Below are positions 1-9,585 of a stretch of DNA of 64,000 nucleotides, in pieces. This DNA is from Pirellula sp. GTDB lineage: Bacteria; Planctomycetota; Planctomycetia; Pirellulales; Pirellulaceae. Location: positions 74,301 through 138,300 of the forward strand of contig JAYVPJ010000079.1 of NCBI GenBank assembly GCA_043757445.1, in the 5' to 3' direction. The notes beneath the pieces were generated by a model. It had not been told where the DNA came from. It saw only the letters and a list, made by a program, of their open reading frames with translations, and did not search any database. The first letter of the stretch is position 1, and each line of letters begins with the position of its first letter. The position numbers and the translations under genes were made by a program.

Positions 1-1
1 T

Positions 2-1837
2 GACCCAGTTCTCGCACGCAAGATTCTCATTGAACAAGGTCTCGCGGAGGGCCAATTTGTGTCGAGAGCTCGCTTTTGGCAACACAACCTAGCTTTCTTG
101 GAGACCGTTAAAGAGCTAGGTGACAAAACCCGGCGTCGTGACTTGGTGGTCGACCCATACGTGCTAACGGACTTCTACCGAGTGCGTATACCTGAGTCTG
201 TCGTTGATCGTGTGACTCTTGAAAAATGGGACAGGACCGTTCAGCCTCCTCCTACACCTTCCAAACCTGGACGCACTCCAAACGTTGCGTCCGTAACAGT
301 AGGTAACCAAACGAAAGCCAAGCTCCCAACTCCGTATATGACTTGGGCTGATATTGTCGTCGACATCGACCGCGATGAAATCCAAAGGAGTTACCCATCT
401 AAGATCGAGATAGGGGTAAGCCATCTGCATATGAAATACCTTTATGAGCCCGGCGATCAAGCGGACGGAGTTAGTCTAATCGTCCCGCAAACGATCGTGC
501 ATCAATTGCACAATGAACGACTAGAATGGTTGGTGCCTGGGCTTCTCCAAGAAAAGTTGACCTGCTTGATCAAATCGTTGCCGAAGCGACTTAGGCGACA
601 GTTGGTGCCGGTGCCTGACATGGTCAAGCAATTGTTGCCGAAGATCGTCGAGCGAGAAAGCCAGCAGGCACCGTTCTGGAAATCGATATGCGACGTCCTT
701 AGCACTTTTATCGGTGAGCCAGTCAAGCAGAGCGACTTTGAGTTGAGCGGGTTGCCAGATCACTTGCGAATGCGGGTCGAACTCGTCGATGAGAAGGGCG
801 TAGCGATTCACTCCAGCCGCGACCTTGCCGAACTCCAACAGACACAGCGTGCCGCAACCATTCAAGCGTTACCAGCGGCGGCACCTGGTAAACCCGTGGT
901 ATACAATTGGGCTCGTACGTCGCTAGATACCTGGGACATCGAAACGCTGCCCAAAAGCGTCGTGGAGCTGCGCGGGGGTGTTCGGATGAATATGTACCCG
1001 ACTTTGATCGTAGCGCAGGAGAAGATTGCAACCGGACTTGTTGACCAAGAAGGCTTGGCAGAGCAACTGTTCCGCCGTGGTATGACATCGTTTTTTAGTA
1101 AAATAGAACGACGCGAGATTCGCAGTCAGATTCAGTTCCTGCCGCAGTGGACGACGTCGTCGCTTTGGCTATCGGACCGCTACGCAGGCGATCGATTGAA
1201 AGAACTGATCGGCGACCTCATTGCAAGACTTGCATTCATCGATACGAACTGGGGCAGTGAGCAAGTGGAACCGGTTTTTCGAACCAAGGTGGAATTTGAA
1301 ATTTGCCGACTCAAGCGGATCGAGCGCGTAGCCGGTGCGGCTGCAGAAATAGGGCGATGGTTGCCTAAGTTTGCGGAGGCAAATCACAAAGTCCGTTCTT
1401 TGTTGGAGAAAACACCTGCCACTTGGTCGGAGAATGTCCGATCGATCCGGGAGCAACTTACGGCCTTGTTTCATGAATCCTTGTCGTATCATGTTCCTTG
1501 GTGTTACGTCCGCGAGATCCCGCGTTATCTTCAAGCGATAGCGATTCGGCTGGATCGACTCAAATCAGTTGGTCCCATCAAGGACTTAGCGACAGACACA
1601 GCGGCAACGAGCTACTGGAAGGACTTTTCCAACCGTATTGTGAGCATGCAACCATCGCCAGCGACCCTTCAATTGCTACCGAGTGGAATAGCGATTCGAG
1701 TCGAACCGACAGGACTCCTGCTTGAGTACCGTTGGTTGATCGAAGAGCTTCGCGTCTCGATCCATGCGCAACAACTGGGGACTCGCGTAAGCGTATCTCC
1801 AAAACGCTTAGACAAAATCAAAGAACAACTTCATTAA
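2..1837 (+). CDS. hrpA: ATP-dependent RNA helicase HrpA, C-terminal (DUF3418-type) region; 5' end lies outside the window
   Basis: The frame is open from nt 2, with no stop before the listed GTG at 59. The translation DPVLARKILIEQGLAEGQFVSRARFWQHNLAFLETVKELGDKTRRRDLVVD matches the conserved HrpA segment after the helicase/OB core. The remaining ~590 aa have HrpA C-terminal length. Confidence 0.8.
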   Translation, partial: DPVLARKILIEQGLAEGQFVSRARFWQHNLAFLETVKELGDKTRRRDLVVDPYVLTDFYRVRIPESVVDRVTLEKWDRTVQPPPTPSKPGRTPNVASVTVGNQTKAKLPTPYMTWADIVVDIDRDEIQRSYPSKIEIGVSHLHMKYLYEPGDQADGVSLIVPQTIVHQLHNERLEWLVPGLLQEKLTCLIKSLPKRLRRQLVPVPDMVKQLLPKIVERESQQAPFWKSICDVLSTFIGEPVKQSDFELSGLPDHLRMRVELVDEKGVAIHSSRDLAELQQTQRAATIQALPAAAPGKPVVYNWARTSLDTWDIETLPKSVVELRGGVRMNMYPTLIVAQEKIATGLVDQEGLAEQLFRRGMTSFFSKIERREIRSQIQFLPQWTTSSLWLSDRYAGDRLKELIGDLIARLAFIDTNWGSEQVEPVFRTKVEFEICRLKRIERVAGAAAEIGRWLPKFAEANHKVRSLLEKTPATWSENVRSIREQLTALFHESLSYHVPWCYVREIPRYLQAIAIRLDRLKSVGPIKDLATDTAATSYWKDFSNRIVSMQPSPATLQLLPSGIAIRVEPTGLLLEYRWLIEELRVSIHAQQLGTRVSVSPKRLDKIKEQLH

Positions 1838-1914
1838 AGCAAATGGCAGAGCGAGGTAAGTGAACCTATCGGGCATCAACAAATAGTAGCAAATCAGAAA
1901 TGCTGGCTGATCCT

Positions 1915-2490
1915 TTAATTCTCTTTTTCCGGACCACTATAGCCGAATAGCTGTTGCGAGACGCCATGCAGAGCATCTATGCAGAAAGCGATATGCGAGT
2001 CCAAGTCAACGCCGAAGTCCTCGGCGCCCTGCGCGATGTCGGATCGATTCACGGCCGCAGCAAAGTTCACGTTCTTGAGTTTCTTGCGGACGCTCTTCGG
2101 TTCAAGACCATTGAATCGCTCAGGACGAACCAATGCGCAGGCGACCAAAAATCCACTCAACTCATCGCACGCATAAAGGGCTTTGTCTAGAGATGAAACG
2201 CGAGGATAATCTGGCAAGTAGTCAGCATGCGAAAGAATTGCATAGATGACATCCTCCGGATATCGCTTTTGTCTTAAGATCTCGCTGCCCTGGGTAGGGT
2301 GATCGGGTGGATTGGGCCAGCGCTCGTAGTCGAAATCGTGTAGCAATCCAACGATCCCCCATTTTTCGACATCTTCACTTAGTCTCGTCGCGTAAGCGCG
2401 CATGGCTGCCTCTACGGCAAGCATATGACGTCGCAACGATTCGTTCTGAACGTATTCATGCATCAAGTGCAATGCGGCGTCGCGGCTCAC
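1915..2490 (-). CDS. HD/HDIG-domain metal-dependent phosphohydrolase
   Basis: 191 aa. The N-terminus LHLMHEYVQNESLRRHMLAVEAAMRAYA and the H..HD metal site (GLLHDFDYERW, SHADY) are typical of the small HD hydrolase family. A GTGA start/stop overlap links it to the upstream ORF. Confidence 0.8.
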   Translation of the reverse strand: MSRDAALHLMHEYVQNESLRRHMLAVEAAMRAYATRLSEDVEKWGIVGLLHDFDYERWPNPPDHPTQGSEILRQKRYPEDVIYAILSHADYLPDYPRVSSLDKALYACDELSGFLVACALVRPERFNGLEPKSVRKKLKNVNFAAAVNRSDIAQGAEDFGVDLDSHIAFCIDALHGVSQQLFGYSGPEKEN

Positions 2491-3134
2491 TGGCTACCAA
2501 CCTTCCATGTAACCATCTTGATCTTATTCTCTCGGACAACACAAATTTGTCCTTCATCGTTTTCAAAGACAATGCCTTCGAAGCCGAGTCCAACACAAAT
2601 TTTGCTTGCCTGGTCTTTGGAATAAAACGCAACTCGCTCGATTGTCTCACCCCTCAGCAAATGAATTGTCGCAATGCGACTGAATGATTTTGAAACGCAT
2701 TCCTTTTCATCACTCAGTGCAGCAGTCTCCAATAGCAACGTTGTCGAGGCAGGGGTGATCGATGGCTCAGCCGCGGGTGACTCGGAAACGAACGCGTGGA
2801 CGCGCGTACGACCATTGATAGAATGCATACGGGCTTTCCGCTCGGAGGTTTGGTCCCAAGTCTTTGGAATCGGCTTTTTGACGGGAAATTCCTTTCGTAC
2901 GTGCGAAATTGTCGTCGAACGCTTTTCGACGAGTGAATCCCCTTCGGACGTCTTTGGACGCTTGGGGCTCTTATTTCGTCTGCCTCGCGGCCGGCTGAAA
3001 TCGGTTTCATTTCGCACTTTGATCCAACGGTCAATCCATGACATTCCCCGAAAAAAGAGGACCATAAAAACGATCGCTCCTAGAATCAAAGCGACGCATG
3101 CTCCCAATAGCCGGACGATATCAAATGCTTCCAT
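2487..3134 (-). CDS. hypothetical membrane-anchored protein
   Basis: 215 aa with a single N-terminal TM helix (LLGACVALILGAIVFMVLFF), a basic low-complexity linker and a small C-terminal domain. No family recognised. Coding is supported mainly by the 4-nt overlap with the HD gene. Confidence 0.5.
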   Translation of the reverse strand: MEAFDIVRLLGACVALILGAIVFMVLFFRGMSWIDRWIKVRNETDFSRPRGRRNKSPKRPKTSEGDSLVEKRSTTISHVRKEFPVKKPIPKTWDQTSERKARMHSINGRTRVHAFVSESPAAEPSITPASTTLLLETAALSDEKECVSKSFSRIATIHLLRGETIERVAFYSKDQASKICVGLGFEGIVFENDEGQICVVRENKIKMVTWKVGSQ

Positions 3135-3169
3135 CGCTATTCCATAAATTCAAGGTGACACGGCGCGGG

Positions 3170-3199
3170 ATAAACGGGGATAAACGGGGATAAACGGGG
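3170..3199 (-). repeat. 10-nt phased tandem repeat, CCCCGTTTAT x3 (read on minus strand)
   Basis: ATAAACGGGG occurs three times head-to-tail on the plus strand, 30 nt downstream of the nadK stop. Same family as 30507-30536 and 33161-33180. Confidence 0.9.
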
Positions 3200-3229
3200 T
3201 TAGACGATATGGAGACCACTCGTGCTCGA

Positions 3230-4114
3230 TTACTCGATCAATCGCGGCTTGCCACTCCAGCCTAGTTTTTCGCGGAGAGCTTGATAGTCGTCGTGCCCCG
3301 GTACGCTGATCAGTTGGAACGTGTCGTCGGCTCGCGAGATGCGTACGCGAAGATCGCGGCCGAAATGACACACGACCCGGCCATCCACCACAACACTGGC
3401 GGTCGGATGTTCCACTTGAATCTTGAGATCAAAGATTCTGTCGGCTGTGTCAACGACCGGCCGCATCGTCAGCGTATGAGGACTGATTGGACTGATGACA
3501 AACGCTTGTAGATTGCGGCGCAATATAGGACCACCCGCTGAAAGATTATGAGCCGTTGAGCCGATGGGTGTACTGATGATGAGGCCATCGCAGGCATAAG
3601 TCGTGGCCAATATCGAGTCGATATACAGGTCGATGTACATCATCGTGTAGGGCGGACCACCGAGCACCGACGCTTCGTTGAGTCCGATGATAGATTGAAG
3701 TTCTAAGTCATCACGAAAGACCTGGCACTGTAACATCAAGTGGTTCGTTACCGTGAATCGTCCCTCGCATACTTCGGGCCAGATGTCTACGAATCGGATA
3801 GGAGAGATTGCCGCGAGAAAACCGAGTTTACCTAAATTGACGCCGAGCACCGGGCGCTGATCGTGGCACATTTGACGAGCCGACTGCAGAATGGATCCGT
3901 CACCACCTAGAACGACTACCAAGTCCGATTCACAAGACTCAAACTCGTACGAAAAATCCTTGTCGACTGTGACAATCTCCGCATGCCGTTCGATGATTTG
4001 AAGAATGCCATTGAGCTCCTGCTCCACACGAGGGCGATTGGGGGCGGCCAAGACCACTACCCGTGGTCGTGATCTGCCATCTCGTATCCAACCCCACGAT
4101 GCAGGATTGTCCAC
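3230..4114 (-). CDS. nadK: NAD(+) kinase
   Basis: 294 aa. GGDGS motif (VVVLGGDGSILQSAR) and GSTAHNLSAGGPIL motif of PpnK/NadK. Only a 3-nt gap separates it from the dxs stop. Confidence 0.9.
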   Translation of the reverse strand: MDNPASWGWIRDGRSRPRVVVLAAPNRPRVEQELNGILQIIERHAEIVTVDKDFSYEFESCESDLVVVLGGDGSILQSARQMCHDQRPVLGVNLGKLGFLAAISPIRFVDIWPEVCEGRFTVTNHLMLQCQVFRDDLELQSIIGLNEASVLGGPPYTMMYIDLYIDSILATTYACDGLIISTPIGSTAHNLSAGGPILRRNLQAFVISPISPHTLTMRPVVDTADRIFDLKIQVEHPTASVVVDGRVVCHFGRDLRVRISRADDTFQLISVPGHDDYQALREKLGWSGKPRLIE

Positions 4115-4117
4115 TAG

Positions 4118-6022
4118 CTACACCCCCGCATGTTCTGCATTCGAGTACTTTTTATTGAGCGTCTTACATGTCTTTGCAATTCCGGACGAATCCAAGCCAA
4201 GGTCGCTTAGCAATTCGTTTCGATCGCCGTGCTCGATAAATTGGTCGGGAATGCCAAGTGTCCTTAGAATACGCGTGTCCCATCCGTTTGCGCACGCAGC
4301 TTCAAGCACCGCCGAGCCAAATCCGCCCATCAGTGTCCCCTCTTCGACGGTTACTACGAATCGGCATTCGTCGAATATTTTCGTCAACGTTGCCAAGTCA
4401 AGCGGCTTGATAAAGCGAGCGTTGATGACCGCTACGTCGAGTCCGTCCTTGTTTAGGATTTCGGCTGCTGACAAAGCTTGCTGTAGCATTGCACCGCATG
4501 CGATGATGGCTCCATCCGTACCCCAATGAACCACTTCCGACTTGCCCAGTTCGATGGGTTGCGTTGGTCGTTCAAAGGATTGCGCAGTGGTCTTTGGATA
4601 GCGAATGGAGGTTGGCCCGGAATGCGACAATGCGAACTGAAGCATTGGCTCGACCTCGGTTGCGTCGCCTGGTGCCATCATCACAATATTTGGAAAGACT
4701 CGCATGTAACCGATATCAAACAGACCATGATGAGTTGGTCCATCCGGCCCAGTCAAGCCAGCACGATCGATCATAAACGTCACGGGCAAGTTTTGCAGGG
4801 CTACCTCTTGGAAAATTTGGTCGTAAGATCTCTGCAGAAAGGTCGAGTAGATGGCCACGATGGGTCTCAAACCAACTTTTGCATGCCCAGCCGCAAACGC
4901 GACCGCATGCGACTCGCAAATTCCGACATCAAAAAACCGATCGCTAAACGCATCTCGAACCGGCTCTAATTTATTCCCTTGGCACATAGCCGCAGTCATC
5001 ACCGTCACGGACGTATTGGTCTTCATTTGACTCATGATGGCATCGCGGGCGTAGTTGGTGAAGGCTGGCTTGTCGCTTGCGCCTAGCGGTTTTGGGCAAC
5101 CGTCCTCGTCTTCAAATGCTGGCGGTGTGTGGAAGTAGACTGGGTCCTTTTCCGCAGGCTTATAACCTCGCCCTTTCTCGGTAACGACATGCAAAAGGGT
5201 CGGTCCTTTTTGATCTTTGACCATTTCGAAGTATTTACGGAGCAAGTGAATGTCATGTCCATCGATTGGTCCAATGTACCGGAATCCAAATTCTTCAAAG
5301 AGCATGCCACCCACCATCCCTGCCTTCACCCCTTCTTTGATTTGCGCGAGCAGTCGCTCGGTCGGATCGCCAAGCAAAGGTAGCTTGTTGAGCACGCGGA
5401 TGACTTCGCTTTTGAAACCCGTATAAAAAGGGTTGGTTCGAAGGCGGTCCAGATAGCTGGCAACCGCTCCCACACGCGGACAAATGGACATCTTGTTGTC
5501 GTTCAGTACAACGATCATGTCGGCATTGAGCTCGCCAGCGTTGTTCATAGCTTCAAAAACGATCCCTGAGGGAAAGGCGCCATCTCCAATGACGGCGATG
5601 CTCTTTCTGCCCGCTTGACCCTTTAAATCATCACCGCTCTTGAGACCAAGGGCCGTGGAGACACTACACCCTGCATGGCCCGTCATGAAAAGGTCGTATT
5701 CGCTTTCCGATGGGTTAGGATATCCCATTAAGCCGCCACGTTCTCTTATGGTCTTGAACTCATGGTACCTACCTGTTATCAATTTGTGCGGATAGATCTG
5801 ATGTCCAGTATCCCAGATCAATCTGTCTTTTCGAAAATCAAAGACGCTATGCAACGCGAGGCAAAGCTCTACGACCCCTAAATTCGAGGCAAAATGCGCT
5901 GTTCGAGTCGCAAGCAGGTTGCACAGTACGTCGCGTATCTCAACTCCGAGCGATTCAAGCTCTTGCGTCGACATGTGTTGAAGCGGTTCAGCGGACTCTA
6001 ATTTGGCTAGCATTTCGTGCAT
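4118..6022 (-). CDS. dxs: 1-deoxy-D-xylulose-5-phosphate synthase
   Basis: GHQIYPHKLITGR, the TPP motif AVIGDGAFPSGIVFEAMNNAG, and transketolase-like Pyr and C-terminal domains. The listed ORF extends to 6061 (TTG) and would overlap ispA by 32 nt. The in-frame ATG (MHEMLAKLE) at 6022 follows the ispA stop and a GAGAGGAG tract, so I prefer it. Confidence 0.93.
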   Translation of the reverse strand: MHEMLAKLESAEPLQHMSTQELESLGVEIRDVLCNLLATRTAHFASNLGVVELCLALHSVFDFRKDRLIWDTGHQIYPHKLITGRYHEFKTIRERGGLMGYPNPSESEYDLFMTGHAGCSVSTALGLKSGDDLKGQAGRKSIAVIGDGAFPSGIVFEAMNNAGELNADMIVVLNDNKMSICPRVGAVASYLDRLRTNPFYTGFKSEVIRVLNKLPLLGDPTERLLAQIKEGVKAGMVGGMLFEEFGFRYIGPIDGHDIHLLRKYFEMVKDQKGPTLLHVVTEKGRGYKPAEKDPVYFHTPPAFEDEDGCPKPLGASDKPAFTNYARDAIMSQMKTNTSVTVMTAAMCQGNKLEPVRDAFSDRFFDVGICESHAVAFAAGHAKVGLRPIVAIYSTFLQRSYDQIFQEVALQNLPVTFMIDRAGLTGPDGPTHHGLFDIGYMRVFPNIVMMAPGDATEVEPMLQFALSHSGPTSIRYPKTTAQSFERPTQPIELGKSEVVHWGTDGAIIACGAMLQQALSAAEILNKDGLDVAVINARFIKPLDLATLTKIFDECRFVVTVEEGTLMGGFGSAVLEAACANGWDTRILRTLGIPDQFIEHGDRNELLSDLGLDSSGIAKTCKTLNKKYSNAEHAGV

Positions 6023-6029
6023 AGAGTTT

Positions 6030-6968
6030 TTAGTGGCTCCTCTCTGTGATGTATTGTGCAAGTTGTTTTAGTGGAGTGGCGGCTGGACCAAAGGCACCTA
6101 CAACCGTGATCGCTTGTTCCACAAATTCTTCGGCTCGTTTGCGACTCGCGCTGATACCATAGATACCCGGAAAGGTCAGCTTGCCTCGCTGACTGTCTTT
6201 TCCGGTACGTTTCCCAGTGTTTTCGCTCGTGCTCTCTACGTCTAGTAGGTCGTCTACAATTTGGAACGCAATTCCGATGCAATCGCCATAAATGGACAGT
6301 TTTTCCAATTCTTCCTTGGTTGCCATGGCCGCCAGTCCCCCTAAAACGACCGACGCTTGGATCATGGCTCCCGTCTTGCGCGCATGAATTGCATGGAGCA
6401 TTTCAGTACCTCCCCCCAGTTTTTCTGCCCGTAGGTCGTCGCATTGCCCTCCTACCATTCCCTCCGGACCCGCAGCCTTGGCCAAAATCAAACTACTCCG
6501 GACGGCGATCGAAGGCTCGGGGTTGCCGACCAAAATCGTTTCAAACGCCAAAGCCTGCAAAGCATCTCCCGCGAGAATTGCGGTGGCCTCATCGAATTGG
6601 ATGTGGCAAGTCGGTCGCCCACGGCGCAGGTCATCGTCGTCCATAGCGGGAAGGTCATCGTGGATGAGCGAATAACTGTGGATCATTTCAATCGCCGCCG
6701 CATTGGCCATCGCTCGCAAGCTCGAACCGCCCACCGCTTCTGCACTTAACAAACACAATAGCGGCCGCAGTCTTTTGCCCGGCGACAACAAGGAATAACG
6801 CATTGCCTCGCGGAGCACATTTGGGCAACTCCCAGAGATGTTTGCTAAACAGATCTCCAAGTAAGCGTCGATCTCTGCGGTCAATACCTTCCATCGGCTC
6901 AACAGTTCAGATGTTTGTGCAGATGTTTGTGCAGATGCTTCGTTGGTCGGATCTTTCGAGATTTGCAC
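6030..6968 (-). CDS. ispA: polyprenyl (farnesyl/geranylgeranyl) diphosphate synthase
   Basis: Both Asp-rich motifs are present: LIHDDLPAMDDDDLRRGRPT and FQIVDDLLD. It lies between xseB and dxs, as in E. coli. The N-terminal SAQTSAQTS is encoded by a 12-nt tandem duplication at 6908-6942. Confidence 0.9.
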   Translation of the reverse strand: MQISKDPTNEASAQTSAQTSELLSRWKVLTAEIDAYLEICLANISGSCPNVLREAMRYSLLSPGKRLRPLLCLLSAEAVGGSSLRAMANAAAIEMIHSYSLIHDDLPAMDDDDLRRGRPTCHIQFDEATAILAGDALQALAFETILVGNPEPSIAVRSSLILAKAAGPEGMVGGQCDDLRAEKLGGGTEMLHAIHARKTGAMIQASVVLGGLAAMATKEELEKLSIYGDCIGIAFQIVDDLLDVESTSENTGKRTGKDSQRGKLTFPGIYGISASRKRAEEFVEQAITVVGAFGPAATPLKQLAQYITERSH

Positions 6969-7104
6969 AATGGGTTATTACGCGGCTAGCGACCGCGGCT
7001 CAGTAAAGGAAGCACCCGCAACGCTTCGGGTTGCATCATTGTAGACGTTCGTTGCAGAAAATGTAGTCGCTGGCGTAAGCACCGGAATGGCTTCGCAAAA
7101 TGTC

Positions 7105-7380
7105 CTAGTTTTCGTCGTCCTCCCAAGTCTCAGTAATCGCCTCGCCGCGGCCCGTTAAGCCTCGAAGTTTTTCGATTTTTCTCCGAGCTCCTTCCAACTG
7201 TTGCTGGCAAAAACGGACGTGCTCCACCGCCTTAGCATACTCGGCGAGCGATGATTCCAAGCCCAACGAGTTCCCCTCCAATTTTCGAACGATCTGCTCC
7301 AATTGGGTCATGGCTGACTCAAAAGTCGGTTTCTCATCGGTATCGCCGGTTTTGCTATCGCTTGGTTTGATGGGAGCCAT
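7105..7380 (-). CDS. xseB: exodeoxyribonuclease VII small subunit
   Basis: 91 aa. FESAMTQLEQIVRKLEGNSLGLESSLAEYAKAVEHVRFCQQQL matches the XseB helical hairpin consensus. Classical xseB-ispA-dxs order. Confidence 0.85.
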   Translation of the reverse strand: MAPIKPSDSKTGDTDEKPTFESAMTQLEQIVRKLEGNSLGLESSLAEYAKAVEHVRFCQQQLEGARRKIEKLRGLTGRGEAITETWEDDEN

Positions 7381-7571
7381 GGTGCGGTTGCTGCTGTTTC
7401 CTAAACGACAAAATCCCTAAGTCCGTCAAAGTCGACAAGCGCTGCCTAGCAATTTTTCGTAAATCGACGAGAGAATTCTACCGGTGATTTCTTCATGGCC
7501 TATCAGTTTAATTGATCGTTGCGATTTTTGTCAGCGAATGTTCCCGACACATCTTATCAACCACAGCTGCA

Positions 7572-9467
7572 ATGGCCAACGCACGGCATCAACAATCCAA
7601 AAAAAGTTATCAGCAAAAGGACCGGACAACCAGCGATTCCGGCTTTTCTAACACAACTGCCGATCGAGTCGAGGTTGGGATCAGAGCGATCGAGGCCGTC
7701 GAGGCGTTGGCAGAGAAGCTCAACTCCGACGGAGTCTACTCAACACCATCGCACTTCGAAAGAAGTTATCGGCTAAAGTGTCGAACCGCGAAGGCCATGC
7801 TCGTTGTTCAGAAAGATTTGGCGACGGTCGCAAGTGGCGATACTGCTGCCACGACTGTCCCGGAAATACCTGAGATGCAGCCCGACGCGACTGCCTCAAG
7901 CGAGCATCAAAATGGCGAAGAGGCAACGCCGCTCGAAATCGCGGCTGGCCTAACGTCGACAAACAGCATGGATACTGAGGTGGAGAAATCGTCAGATACC
8001 GATGAACACACCAACGCCGAGTCCATTGAATTCGAGAAGAATCTAGACAGCGGGGACGCTTGGTCTTTCGCTGTCGACTCCAAACTAAATGAACTGTTGG
8101 AGCGATCGAAAACCTTTGAGCGCGAGCGGCTTGAGATAGCAGCCCTTCGAGAAAACCTCTCGCAGGCGATTGTTACCGCCGAATCGAGTATGACTTCGGC
8201 AGAGGTAATGGAGCAAATAAAAGTGCTCGAAACAGAATTGGCCGAAGCCAGTTCGATGGTAGATGATGCAGATGCGCTCATTCAGTCTTTGGAAACTCAA
8301 TTGGCAGAAGCATGTCTAACCTCAGATGCTCGAAAAGCTCGCATTGAATCGCTGGAAAAACAATCTGCCGAAGCCTGTTCGAGGGCAACGGATTCGAATG
8401 GTCGCATAAAATTGCTGGAAAAACAACTGGCCGATGCGTGTCTGACTTCGGAAGGTCGAAGCGGGCTCATCATGTCGCTGGAATCGCAGTTGGCCGATGC
8501 GTGCTCTAATTCGGATGAAACAAGGGCCCGCATACAAGAACTGGAAACGCAGCTCATTGATGCGCAACAAGAAAGCACAAAGGTATCGACAATCCTGTTG
8601 CATGCCAGGGCAGAATACCAGGAACTTCTCGCGTTCATTGAGGCCGAAGCGGTCGAAGAGGGGGAGTCGCAAGCCGAACTAAAAACGATAGCTCAACGGG
8701 TTCTCGAGAAGGCGGATGCGCGTGAAACAGAACTCGGATTGGAAGTTTCGCAGTTGAATGACCAGATTCAGTTCCTAAAGGGGGAGCTGGACGAAGCCAA
8801 GGCCGCCAAAAATCACTCCCCTTCCGATGAATCCGAATTGCGAATCCAAGTCGAGCAATTGCGAAGCCAATTGCTAGAGGCAAGGCATGAGGCTGTTGAA
8901 TTGCGAATGCAAAGCAATGACTTAGGCTCACGCTTAGCGAAGTACCAGGGGGCATCAGCTGGACAGAAATCCGAAACTCTCACCTGGGAGCAACGCAAGG
9001 AAGCATTGTTGCAGCAATTGGAAGCGGAGACGCACGCGGAAACTCCTTGCGATCCGCGCAAGGTCCTGGAGATTGAAAAGATTATTGAACAAACCCAAAG
9101 CGAAATAGAACGTCGCGACCAGGAAATTGCCGACCTCAAAACCTTGATCGAGCAACAGTCCATCGCCCACGACGGCATGTCGATTGGTGTAGCTGCGATC
9201 GCGGAGATGATTGAGTCCGACTCACTCATTGTCTCGGAAAGGTTGCGGCTAAAAGAGCTTCGCGACGAATGGGAACAAAAGCAACGTCAAGCGGAAATCG
9301 AAATGTCTATGGAGCGAGCCAAACTCGCGCGTGAACGCCTCGAATTGCAAGAAAAAACTCGCAGCTACGATGACGACAACCCTCCACAAACGCCCGAGGA
9401 AATCAATGCGACCAAGGCCAGTAAGCGAGGTCGTTGGCTTGCCCGCCTTGGTCTAAGAGACGAATAA
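7572..9467 (+). CDS. long coiled-coil protein with 21-aa Cys-containing repeats
   Basis: The ORF runs 7512-9467. The first ATG (MANARHQQSKK) is at 7572. The sequence is heptad-rich and acidic, with six 21-aa repeats (LExQLAxACxxSxxxxxRIxx) and a basic C-terminus. No family recognised. Confidence 0.6.
   Translation: MANARHQQSKKSYQQKDRTTSDSGFSNTTADRVEVGIRAIEAVEALAEKLNSDGVYSTPSHFERSYRLKCRTAKAMLVVQKDLATVASGDTAATTVPEIPEMQPDATASSEHQNGEEATPLEIAAGLTSTNSMDTEVEKSSDTDEHTNAESIEFEKNLDSGDAWSFAVDSKLNELLERSKTFERERLEIAALRENLSQAIVTAESSMTSAEVMEQIKVLETELAEASSMVDDADALIQSLETQLAEACLTSDARKARIESLEKQSAEACSRATDSNGRIKLLEKQLADACLTSEGRSGLIMSLESQLADACSNSDETRARIQELETQLIDAQQESTKVSTILLHARAEYQELLAFIEAEAVEEGESQAELKTIAQRVLEKADARETELGLEVSQLNDQIQFLKGELDEAKAAKNHSPSDESELRIQVEQLRSQLLEARHEAVELRMQSNDLGSRLAKYQGASAGQKSETLTWEQRKEALLQQLEAETHAETPCDPRKVLEIEKIIEQTQSEIERRDQEIADLKTLIEQQSIAHDGMSIGVAAIAEMIESDSLIVSERLRLKELRDEWEQKQRQAEIEMSMERAKLARERLELQEKTRSYDDDNPPQTPEEINATKASKRGRWLARLGLRDE
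8226..8603 (+). repeat. in-frame 63-nt tandem repeat x6 (degenerate) inside the coiled-coil gene
   Basis: The units are LETELAEASSMVDDADALIQS, LETQLAEACLTSDARKARIES, LEKQSAEACSRATDSNGRIKL, LEKQLADACLTSEGRSGLIMS, LESQLADACSNSDETRARIQE and LETQLIDAQQES... Confidence 0.8.
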
Positions 9468-9585
9468 AGTTTGCCGCCAGGGTCCCCGCCGTATTGCTCT
9501 CGCATTGGGTTTGTTCTAGTAGTCCCGAGCCTGCTAGAGTAGAGTATCGATAACCATTTGTTGGTCTTCGAGAGTCCGCACTTCT

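Noticed and set aside
3170-3199. DnaA-box array (TTATCCCC x3 at 10-bp spacing)
   Set aside because: Each unit matches the TTATCCACA consensus at only 7 of 9 positions. The sister loci read TTAACCCC. No dnaA, dnaN or AT-rich unwinding element is nearby.
6023-6061. 32-nt overlap between dxs and ispA implied by the longest dxs ORF (TTG start)
   Set aside because: An in-frame ATG at 6022, preceded by a purine-rich tract, removes the overlap and gives a family-typical N-terminus.
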